The notes below the pieces were generated by a model. The model ran no database searches. It was not told the DNA's origin and was given only the letters and a program-made list of their open reading frames with translations. Source: Klebsormidium nitens (lineage: Eukaryota; Plantae; Klebsormidiophyceae). From it: DNA of 64,000 bases. The stretch lies in assembly GCA_000708835.1 (NCBI GenBank), contig DF237268.1, forward strand, positions 1 through 64,000, in the 5' to 3' direction. The translations under genes were made by a program, and so were the position numbers. Shown in pieces: positions 22,783-36,955 of this stretch (its first letter is position 1; every line of letters starts with the position of its first letter).

Positions 22783-23665
22783 TACCCTAAGGTTCCAACA
22801 TTGTAAGATCGTCCATGCAATTGAGTCCGACGTTCAGCTCATGGGCCGGCCTTGCCGGTGGCAGCCGCATATGATGCCTTGTTCATAAGAAGTCTCCATA
22901 CTAGCATGCTGGCATCACTGGCATGACTAGCGTCGATAATTCATCGATCGTCCAACGGACTCTGCCCGATGGGTTCCATTGAAACACGTGCCACTTGCAC
23001 CATGAGCGTCCGGCGCGCCGGGTGAGACGGTCCATGACTTGCGCGCGCATGCGCGTAACGGAATCTGTTGATTCTGGGTTTTCACAGAGGTCACACTAGA
23101 GGTCATCACAACCAATGCCGCCATGCATGGCTTAATTGGGGGCAGCGGCATGCACGCGACCGAGGGCCTTTTCGTGCGAGTCAATGTGGAATACAAAGGG
23201 CAGAGCCGGAATAAAATAGCTAGAGTCCGCTTTTTGTCAATTGATCGAACTTATACTCAGTAAGGCTGGATGTTATGTTACAACTGTAGCGTTCATTCCA
23301 GATGGCACTCCGCAATTAAGGATGTTATACAGCCTTCTTAGTGGATCGATTTAAATCACACACGCAACATTACCATCATGCTTCTTGCCGCGCAGTGCGC
23401 TTGCAGAGTGCCACCTAGATTGAACGCGAGCTAGTAGATCAACATATTTGGATCCATATGGATGCCATGGATCGAGGCCTATGGCCCATGTGGCTACGGC
23501 CTTTGACAAGAGAGCGCATATCCGGCAAGCAAGGCAACCAGACCGTATGGCACGTCAGATTGACGTTCAATCCCAAATTTCCATGCGCCAAAATCGACCA
23601 TACCAGACTGATTGCATGATATTAGGATTGTCAAACCACATCCAACTTTATTGCATGCAGACGCG

Positions 23666-26600
23666 CTATTTCTTCCCAGAGGAGGTGACGTTGAACTTGA
23701 AGAAGATAATGTCGCCATCTTGTATGACGTACGTTTTCCCTTCTTGTCGGTACTTCCCTGCTGCCTGCATCATCAAAGCACCGCAAGGATTTGAATCGAA
23801 ATCACATGCGGTATTCTGCACAAAGATGATGTGGATAGACACCAGACTTACCCCTTGCTGTCGCCAGCACAGGCTTGTGGAGCCCGAAGCTGATATGCTG
23901 TGTGTTGAACCCATACGGGGGAGCCGCGCTTACCTTAACGGCTGACTCCGACCCCAGTTCCTTCAGTTCGTCGAACTTCATGACCTGCACAGACGTGGCA
24001 GCGGCCGCTCAGCCTCCTCTCGCATCCCGGTGGCATTCTGTATGGCATGCAAGCGGGGGGACGTGGCGCACCCCGTATACCTGGTGCTCCTAGAGCACGG
24101 CCAGCGCACCTAGGCCTGGCGGAACGTCCCTTGCGCCACTGCTGCGCTCACCTCCGCACAGATGAAGCCCCTCTCGAAGTCCGTGTGGATGGCCCCCGCC
24201 CCTTGCGGCGCCTTGGTCAGCTTCCGAATCTGCCAGCACTTGACCTGCACGCACAGCACACAAAGCACCTCAGACCCTGCGGCCCGCAGGACGCCCTGGA
24301 ACCTGCAGCAACATTGGACAAGAATCCCCCCACAGCGCTGCCAGTGCCAGCCGAGGCCGCGGGGGGATGCCGGCTCCGCTTGTGCTTTCACGATGGGACG
24401 CACCTCGTCTGGGCCGGCCGTGAAGAAGTAGATGAGGTGGATGGCCGCAAAGCCGGTCTTGATGATCTTGGGCAACGCACTGCACACACGCGTCAAAGGG
24501 TCAGAGGAAGCGGGGCCCTGCGCAGCCCGCGGCCAACACACCCCCAACAAAGGACACCGCCGTCGTGCCAGGTTTCTGTGCTTGCAACGACAGCCCTACG
24601 ATATGGCAGGGCCAACCTCCCCTTGACGAACAGTATAGGGGCGCGTGGCCAGAACAGCCGGGCGCCCCTTCCCTCGCCGTTGCGCATGCCTGACCTGGCA
24701 ATGTCGTTCTCCTTGCAGTAGGTGGCGCCCTCGTCCGCGGGCATGTCCGCCAGCTTCTGCTCGAGCACCCCGCTGAACGGAATCAGCACGTCGCCCCCGT
24801 GCTCCTGCACCCTGCAGCGCCGCGGCAGACCGCAAGTCACATACTAGGAAACCAGCGGCAAGGGCTTCGCCAATGTATTCACGTGTCATGTAGGTGATCG
24901 GCTGCAATCCCAATAGCTTTGGATTTGTCTTTACAAGCAGCCACAGTGCGAGACAGAGCAGTCGCATCCAGATGCAAGCCTCCTCACCAGGCATGGATCT
25001 TGGCCAGCCACTTGTTCTTTTTCCGCTGGTAATCCTTCTCCGTCAGATTCACCTGCGCGAGAGACAGCCTTCAACTTGGAGCTTCTCGCTGGACAAAAGT
25101 CGTACAACCACAGGATCGATCAGCGGACCCAGTGAAACAGGGGGCCCTGTCCCAACCAGCTGCTGTGACGGCAGAGCCAACGTCCAATGACGGCGCTGCT
25201 GTTGTGGGGCTTACGAGGTAGACAACGGGCTTGGCGGAGAGGAGCTGCATGGTGTTGATGAACTCGACGTCGAGCGCCTTCCATTCGCCGGAGCGCACGT
25301 CCTTGCCGTCTTTCAGCCAGTCGAGGAGCTTCTCCTGCGTCTCCAGCTCCTGCTTGAGCACCTTCTCGTTGCTGCGCTTGAGCACCTTCTGCAGCTCCTC
25401 CAGGCGCCGCTCCACAAACTCAATGTCCTGCCAGCCACAACCGTGCGCAAGCCCAGTCAGCCACACGCACGCAAGTACCCTCTTCCAGAAAAGAAGACAA
25501 CCAGCAACGTGCATCAACAGACCAGAATACCAGCAAAACATTTCAGCAGCATTTCTGACTTCTAAGCAGATCAGCATAATCAATCGCAGTCCGCTGTCCA
25601 AAGAAACACTAAGATATGATGGCCTTCGCCAGTCTGAACACGTCTGGGCAAGCCATCATGGCCCATGATTGACTCCACAAGTACCGGGTGGCAGGGACCC
25701 GACCTTGAGGCGCAGCTCGTTGGTGATGATGTCGAGATCACGCACGGGGTCTACGCTGTCCTCCACGTGGATCACATCGCTATCGTCAAACGCACCTGCG
25801 CATCATCGCAGTCAAGGGGCAACAGGAATGACTGAGGAAGCGCAGGCGCAGTGGCAGCTGACAGAGCGGCAGCTGAGGCAGCAGAGCAGATTTTAGAGCG
25901 CAGCATGACGCGGGGGGGAGAGGATACGGAGGACGTGGAAGATGCCGTCGACGGCGCGGATGTGCGAGAGGAAGGCGTTCCCCAGGCCCTGCCCCTCGTT
26001 GGCACCCCGCACCAGGCCCGCAATGTCGTGCACCTCCAGGAACGCAGGCACCTGCACCCCAGGATAGCGGACAAGGTGTCTGAGGGGGCAGCGCAGACAC
26101 AGCGCGAAGCAGGATAAGGGGGAAACCCAACCCCGGGCAGCCGAGGACGGTTGAGGGCGCTGCCACCAATCAGAATCATTCCCGACCCGTGAGCCCTCAG
26201 ATCACTGTTTGCATCACAAGAAGGAAGGGAGTCAAGCAGCCACAGAGGTGATAGTCGCCCAGCTTGTCTGGTGGCGCGATGGGGCCTCCCTCACCTCGCT
26301 CTTGGGCTTGAAGAGTTGGCACAGCCAGTCAAACCTCTCGTCGGGGACAATGACGCGGGCTTCATTGGGCTCGATGGTACAGAAGGGGAAGTTCTCGGCG
26401 GGAATGCACAGCTTGGTCAAAGTGTTGAACAGGGTCGACTTGCCCACATTGGGGAGGCCCACCTGCGACACACACACATCGGCCAGTCAGCCAGGAGCAG
26501 CGCCGGAGATCACTCTGTGCTGTTATCCAAGGCCACCAGCCAATCAACCGTACCGCATGGGTGGGTGGGTGGTGCGCTGCACGCCTGCCCCCACCACCCT

Positions 26601-26896
26601 CCCGGCGGCCGCATGCTGCTGCAGGCGCCTCATCCCATGACAACCGCGGCCGCTGCGCAGAATGCTCCGGATCCATATCTTGTGTCTGCGGAAGCCGTCT
26701 GACGGAAGCCGTCTGACAGACGTTGTACACAGGACCCTTGCACTCGCCGCTCGGTACAGGTCAGCATTTTGAAGTGGTTGCGGAGCGGAAAAGTTGGCCC
26801 AGTACTCACAATGCCAATTTTCAAGTGGCTGGAGAAGCGACCCAGGATAGGCTTCTCTGTCGGAGCCTCCCCCTTCTTAGAAGCTTTGGGAGGCAT
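23666..26896 (-). CDS. OLA1: Obg-like ATPase 1 (YchF family), multi-exon
   Basis: MPPKASKK...[26 protein letters not shown] (P-loop), [42 protein letters not shown], and [24 protein letters not shown]. Confidence 0.97.
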
Positions 26897-27858
26897 GGCG
26901 GCGCAAAACCGTGCGCGGACTCTATGCAAGTAGCGCCGCTGGCAACTCGGATCGAGTCCCCCACTTTTGGTTCAGCAATTAGCATGTACAAGTGATATGT
27001 TGACCGAGCTTCTACAGCTAGATGTGCAGAGGGGCGTAGCCGTCGGCAGAGAGTCAGATGTGCCTCGAGAGTTGGAATATGGCCATGCCGCCACTACAAC
27101 TTACAAGTTACAAGTTTGATCTGTACGCCGTCGCTGATGAATTGGGTCTCTCTTCCGTTCCCCTTCAATCGACCCATTTATACCGGGCTCGTGTGTGTGT
27201 GATCGACTCGGACCGGACTCCGGGATGCTCTCTACTTGGGCTAACCTTGGCAATGGTCAACCACACCTGTGACTTACTCGCCCCGCCTAGTTGACAAACT
27301 CAGGAAGCAGTTGATCGTTCCGGCCGTCGATTCAGCATACGCGCTTTGACACCGTCCATTGCAGTAAAAGTGCAATGCAGTCCATCACTGTCCATGAGTG
27401 GGAATACGGCGCCATGATTCATTGATTGTGATTGTGGTGAGGGGCTGAGGCAGCCATTGGCATCATGATTCATGGTGAGCTCGAGCTTCGAGCAAAGTAA
27501 GGAAGATTTGGCGCATTGGCCAAGCAGTTAAAGAAAGAATGGAGTAGGAGCTGAGAATCAAGCTGAACATTTGAAAGGGGTCTCTAGGTGATGAAGAATC
27601 CTATGATTCTACATTCGTCGTCTGGGATGAATTGGCCTCGCCGCGACCTCAGTTGGTAGAGCTGCAGTAATAACCACCTCCTGCAAAACAGCCACTTCCC
27701 ATTGAAGGGCCAAAGTCAGAAGAAGCAGCAGCTGAGCTTCATCAATCTATACGAGGTTTTGCTGCCTGACTGGTGATCAGGGTTTATCCCAGAATTTCGA
27801 GGATCTGACAGAAGCTGGGCGCCAAAGTGGCAGTAGCGTGCAGGAGGGGCTGTCCAAG

Positions 27859-30830
<2,972 letters not shown>

Positions 30831-32079
30831 TCCCGGGCCCGGCCGCGGCGCCGCTACGCCAGGCACGCGCAAACCCCTCCCCTAGCTAGAGGCAAGGCAG
30901 CGCTGAGTAGGCGCTCATGCAGGAAGCATCGACTGGATGACTGGTGCCCCGCAGCGAGCAGCTGTGGGCGGCACTGAAATAACGACCTTCCACAGCTTGT
31001 GGTCAAAGCCCTTGCGAGGAGAGCGGTGCAGTACTGAACACCGCAGACCAGCCTCCTACTCACTCGAGAACGGTCCTTATCTAGAGAAATGTGTTTGAAA
31101 CCCTTCAGCTGGGTTGTGACGTATATCCAAGTAAGTCGCCAAGAGATGCAAGTGTTGTCTCGCAGAAGGACAAGCTGTATTCTAAATATGCGTGCGACCA
31201 TCCTTGGCATGGTACACCACCTTGCAGGTCTGGCAGCCTGGTATTCACCATGCAGGTCCGCATATTGACTACATGGTCGGACTGATCTTTATGCAACATT
31301 TTGATGATTTGTTCAACTCGTCCGACTAGGTACACATCAGAACTTAGCCGCCGCGACTAAAAGTGATCGGTCGGATCAAGCTCGATCGAGTTGGAGCATT
31401 GATGAACCGTATGCACCGTTGCTCAAATTATCGCAATTATATAGCCTGAGATGTGATTGCACTACTGATAGTGGCTATGGTCAGATGTGTGGTTTGCACT
31501 TGAGAACGATACATGGAAGCGCGGCCGCATATACGGCGCAGGAAAGATGGTCATGTGCGCAATTAACATATGGTTTATTAGTTTTTTGAGACTCCGCATG
31601 CATATGTTAATCAAACCGCGATCAAAATATGCATATGTGCATACGTATTTGTATGCGCATGTGCATACGTATTTTGTGTCGGTGCCTTTCAACCTTCGAT
31701 GAAAAGATGGCCCCAAAGCTATAAGAAGTACGGGGCAGGGGTTGTTTAACGACCGGCATAATGCATATAGTATAATTCACAAGCTACCTATGGTGGGTGT
31801 CGACGGTATCGACCGCGTCACGGTCCGGTAACAAATCTGATTGACCGGTGTCACGCGTCGCGACAAATGTTGTACGCAGTACTAACGACCGTACTCGGCG
31901 GTACTTGAGAATTGGGTCCGAGTTCATGAATTGATACCGGGTCCCACATTTTCGTTGCGGTTCGAGTCGGAGTCGACTCGGCCGGAACCCACCGTAGGTA
32001 GCTTGTGTTCTTTGCTTGATTAATTAAGTCCGTTTGGGGGCTACAACAGGCCTAGTATAGCATGGACTGTCCTAACATG

Positions 32080-32480
32080 AAGTTTTGGCTAGCTAAGTCT
32101 ATCTCCTTCCTCCGGCCTCTTCATGCATAGATTCGAATGTATTTAGCAACGGAGTATTTGTCTTCCAAGCCTGTTGAGAAAGGCTCCTAAGTCCTTGCTA
32201 AGAAATGTTGTGGCCGGAAAGATGCCTATAAACTGGAGCTTGATATCCTGGTATGCCTCGATCATGCAGTCGAATAGATGTAATGAGCCTCGTCCTCGAC
32301 TTGACTGCAATTACAGACTTGGCACAACCTGAGTCTTCTCTCGGATACATCATGCATAACAATACACGTTCCGCAATTGCTTCAGTGCCTCTTCGCGGTC
32401 TACATCCCTACCAATATTGCTGCTGCTAGTTAGTACCATCCTACTTCCGACAAACTGCCCGGTGTCGACTTGAAGGCGCG
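32080..32480 (-). mobile_element. Decayed 3' fragment of a non-LTR retrotransposon (LINE) ORF2 with a CCHC zinc knuckle
   Basis: Frameshifted minus-strand translation gives RLQVDTGQF...RLCQVCNCSQVEDEAHYI(F)DC..AYQDIK..F..IF....L..FLN. This matches the typical LINE C-terminal pattern RL.iETG...C-x2-C...VEDE.H..F.C..Y..IR. Confidence 0.7.
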
Positions 32481-32641
32481 GTAGTTGGCGGAGTCGTTTT
32501 GTGCAGCACACCAAGTTTGGTATTGTAAGCTGAATTGTCAGACTACTATACTGTTGTCAGACCTAAGGTTCGGTGGCTCGGTGACTTAGCGTACGCTATT
32601 TAGTTGATTTGGTAGATAAAATCAAAAGAGCTATTTAGACG

Positions 32642-32676
32642 AATTCAATTCAATTCCATTCAATTCAATTCAATTC
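32642..32676. repeat. (CAATT)n pentanucleotide microsatellite
   Basis: AATTCAATTCAATTCCATTCAATTCAATTCAATTC. Confidence 0.9.
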
Positions 32677-33469
32677 CCGAAACATCGATTCCCCTGTATA
32701 TGCCTCGTATATGCCAACATGGAAAGCCTATGGCCCATGTGGCTACGGCGTTTGAAGAGAACATCATGAATATAGATGGCGGCATGCAGCTGCAGGGCGC
32801 GCCCATCACGCAACGGCGGAGCTGTGCAGGGGTTCCCACATGCGCGCAGATGCCCAGAGCGGATATTTGCATGCGATCTTACCGCGTTCGATGATTTGAA
32901 TAGCTCATGGCAGGCTGACTCAGTCGCTCACATGGCATGCTAGCTTGTGCCCATGCATGGCATACGCATCTGCGTCATGCGTCCCCGCTGTCACAGTGCA
33001 CCGATGCAAAGGAAAGGGCTGCAGAGACTCTGAGTTGAGAGACCTCAGTGCTAATTGTATTTATAGAAGGCTTGCACAGTACGACATGTAGGCGGCAATT
33101 CTTTTGGCAATGGCACACGGATGTGATGACGGTCGACTCCTTCCAATGAAGAATGTCCACAGAATCTTACATGACGTGTCCACGTTTACTTTGACCAACT
33201 CGTCATCAGCTTTCCCGTCGACTTTCATACTTTCCGACCAGTTTAATGGATAGAATTGCCGGATCTCGAGCGGCAACTTGCGTTCCGCTCAAGATCAGGA
33301 TCGACCAGCTGCCAACTCGACGATGACTTGACTTTGTATTTTTGCGGTGCAACGAAGCAACGCCCGAGAGAAGGCCCCCCAAAAGCATGCCCGTGCTCGG
33401 TGCCCGAGTTTGCACAAAAGCGGCCGGATCTTGCCGGCTTCCTGGCAAGGAAGCAAGCCGCAGCCCCTG

Positions 33470-35705
33470 CTAGTGCCGCAAGGGGTTCTCCGGTATTTTG
33501 GCCTTGATTGGCCGCAACCCCTTCAGACCATAAATCTCTGCCCGCCATTTTTGTACGTCGTCCCCGTTGCCACTCAGCGCAGCAATGTCGTCCAGCAAAT
33601 CGGACAGCAGGTTGCGGAGTCGGGCCTCGTTTACCCCGAAGTCGGACTGCACATAAGAGAGGAATAAGTCGGACGACATCAAGGCCCTGCCGCACGCGGG
33701 CCAAACGGGCAAGGCTTGGGCGAAAAGTAGCCAACACGAAAAGCCCTGGTGCAAGCAAACCAACATATGAATTGAAGCAAAATTCGTCAGTCCTTTCCAC
33801 ACCAGGCTTGTCTCAAACTGCCCTTCCTCCATGTCCGGAATCGAAAATACACCCATGCATGCCGCCTGTGCCTCTGCGAAGCTCCTGCAAGGCAGCAACC
33901 CGCTCAGGGTGGCGGTGTGCGTGGCGCGGGCTGACCTTGCCTATCCGCAGCTGCGAGTGCCCCAAAATGTACACCAGGCCCGCGCGCGCGTGCTCCCCCT
34001 TGTGCCCCTCCCGCAGCTCCACCGTCAACAACACATCGTCTGCAAACCCCCAGAATGCAGACACCGCCCTGCAGCACGCAACCCAGCAGTCCGCTCTCAA
34101 ACTCAAGCGTCGGTTGGGAGGGGGGCAAGCAGCTAGGCCAAGTCCCACTTTCCTCTTCATGCCAATCATCATATTCTGTGTCATGCAACACAAATGCCAC
34201 TGCAACCGCCTGCGGGCGAACTGCATTCCAGCTTCTTTTGAGAGACAGGCAGGCAGGACCAGGAGCAGCGACCCATCCGGCGTGCGTTTGGAGGTGCGAG
34301 CACCAGCTCTCGCCTCATTGCAGTCGGCCTGAAGAAAGTCGTGTAGCCCAAGCAAGTTCGGTCACAGCAGTAAGAAGGTTAGTTGAGTTGGTTGCTGACC
34401 TCAGGTGCATAAACATGGCCGTGGGGCTGCCCACCGTAGGCCACTGGTGCAGAACCGTGACGCCCCGTTGCCGCGCGGCCCAGCGCTGCACCATGCTGGA
34501 CAGCCGGGCAGCCCAATGTAAGCACTAGGGCGAGTGTGAAAAGAGACATCAAGGGCAGCCAATCGCAGGGGACTCGCATTGACGAACTGAGCAGAAACCT
34601 TGTTGCGTTCGATGGGCTAGCTCAAAAAGCAGACTCGTAGCAGATCAGGAAACAAAGTCGAGCAAGCTGACGCGTAGGCACCAACCTGGCAATATCTTGG
34701 ATGGCGATCCTGCCATCTGGAGGGGGGTTGGGGTTGGGCACGTTGGGAACCACCACAGAGAGACGAGAACACCCCTGGGCCTGCGCCAGGGAGGACGACA
34801 AGTCGGCCGAAGTCCTCAGAGAGTCGAGCTTGGCCCTAGGTCGCAAGATTAACTTTGATCACTCGCTCCTTGCTTGGAAATCAACACAAAGGTCGCAGGA
34901 CGGGTGGGGCGGCGGCCCACCTTGGCAAGCGCACACGTCTCGGGGATGCGGTCGTAGTAGGGATCAGGGCTGGCGATGCGGATCAGCAGCAGCAGGCCTA
35001 GCAGCACCACAAACCTGCACAACAAGCGCGCTCCGCTCAAAGCTGCGCAGCAGAGCTGAAAACAGTGCTGCCGGCAGTGGCCGGCTCTGACCACAAGGCT
35101 GATGGGTGGTGTGAATGGGCAGAGCAGCAGAGCACACCCAATGCCATACCCCGGGTTTAGGGACGAGTCGGGGCAAGCAGGCGGGGCTGCTGCTGTGGTG
35201 GTGGCTCACCCCTTGAGCAGGCCGCTGCCGCGGCCGTCCGCCCAGGCGCGCGTCCTGGCGCCCCACTGCAGCAGCTGCAAGCCCAGCCCTAGTAGCACCG
35301 CACAGCAGCCAATGGCCACGCCGCTCGGATTGCCCCACTCCGCTGCCAACCACAGCTGCAGCGCGCCCAGCAGGCCCAAAAGCTGCACATGCGCCGGGGG
35401 CCAGTCAGAGGGCAAGCATGCACAACATGGGGCACCCATCTCGAAGGAAAATGCGCTGCTGGAGAGACGATGCCATGGCATGACCACAGCCAATCGGAAC
35501 CACCGGGAGGGTGCAAGCTGTGCAGTGGTGGCTCCCTGTGGAGTGGTGCACCCACCGGGAGCAGCGTTGGGTGGAAGGGCTTGCGGTGGAGGGCGTCGCC
35601 ATGCAGCGCGTCGGAGAGCTTGCTGAAGGACGCGAGGTAGCCGCCATTGCCTGTCTCCAGGCTGGTGTCGCCCACGTCGGGGCTCTTGCCGCGGTGCCGC
35701 ACCAT
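33470..35705 (-). CDS. DUF1499 family protein with N-terminal hydrophobic (membrane) segments
   Basis: The spliced C-terminus FMHLRAVSAFWGFADDV...HSQLRIGK/SDFGVNEARL fits the DUF1499 pattern (S.lfgF.DD...S.sR.G.sD.GvN..R). Upstream exons are hydrophobic. Some internal exons and the start codon are uncertain. Confidence 0.75.
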
Positions 35706-36491
35706 GCTCCGCCGGCGGGGAGATGCACTCTGAAGCGACACACACAGGGAGGGAGCTCGAAGGTCACGGCCTGAAACCCTAATGTGAAGTCAAGCAAGCG
35801 GGTTGTGCCAGCGTTTGTAAAGGTTGCAGGGGATTGGCATGCAAGATTTGAAGCGTAAGGAAGGCGGCGGAATCGTCATGGACCAACCGACGCACTCATC
35901 CGAGCTAAGGGAATCACAGCGGGGACATCCAAGCTGAGAAACCACAGAGGGTGCATTGATTGGATTCACTGCGTAACGACAAGGATTCATGCTTCTTATG
36001 ATCAATGGACAAGAACCTGACCTCGCAATCTGGGCCAATCTGCATCTCCCCCAGTCGACCTGAATGCACAAGCAGGTGCCAAAGCGTTGAGAGGTCAGCA
36101 CTTAACAAACACCTAAGATAACATGGGTGCCATGAGCGGTCATTCTATCTAGCCAGCCAACCACAACACGACCACCACTCCTTATGAGCCTTCAAGCGAT
36201 CCCCCTCGACGTCATCTTCTGTGTGTGGCATCACTTGCTCATGCCATTTCGAGCGCTAGCTGCGTCTTCTAAGTTCCAAATTCTGCGCAGGGCGCCGCGC
36301 TTCGTCCTCAGATCGAGGCCCAATGATCCCACAATGACATTCTTGCCGTCAAAATGATAGAACCTTTAATATTGTAACCCTTAATTTCATTCCTATAACC
36401 CGCCTACGCTACACCCCCTATATCGCCCTATGAGTCATGACGGTCCACTAAGCCTCATCGAATATTGTAACTCCAATTTAACCCTGTAGAC

Positions 36492-36873
36492 CTGAGATCG
36501 TGGCGCAACCTAATTGATTGCGCCAATTAGGGTTGCGCCGCATTTCGCCAATATTCCGCCCAGAGCCCCTATTTCGCCAACCCGGCACAATTCTCAGAAG
36601 ATTTCGCTTATATGCACATAAGATAGCAGTTTTGAGACCAAAGTTGGTCAAAATCAGACCGAGAGCAGTCGTTATCGCGGTTTTGGCTCAGGGAATTGAC
36701 TTCGGAGGTTCTGCATATTGCGTTCCAGAGATTTGTATAAGGAAGAGGCAGCTTGCAGCATAAGCGGCAAGCTGAAGGCCCTTGTATTTCGCCAATTTCG
36801 CCGAATTGCGCCAATTAGTGCATTTTGAATTAGGGTTAGTGCATAGCGGGTTTGTATTTCGCCACGATTTCTG
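36492..36873. repeat. Segment with clustered ATTTCGCCAA/TTGCGCCAATTAG repeats, an internal hairpin and weak terminal inverted repeats; possible non-autonomous DNA transposon
   Basis: At least six motif copies; a hairpin at 36502-36539; ends CTGAGATCGTGGCGCAA versus reverse-complemented CAGAAATCGTGGCGAAA. No TSD found. Confidence 0.45.
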
Positions 36874-36955
36874 CAAAGTTCTACGAACGGTTCTTGTCAG
36901 ATCTAAGACTACAGCCTGAGCTAGGAAAAGCCACTCGTCTTCCGCGTTTGGCAGC

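Noticed and set aside
27640-27665. tRNA A-box-like CTCAGTTGGTAGAGC
   Set aside because: There is no B-box, T-arm or cloverleaf downstream, so it is not a tRNA and is insufficient evidence for a SINE.
35774-36840. Isolated AAACCCTAA/TTAGGGTT telomere-like words
   Set aside because: They are single copies with no array. They could be telo-boxes but cannot be separated from chance.
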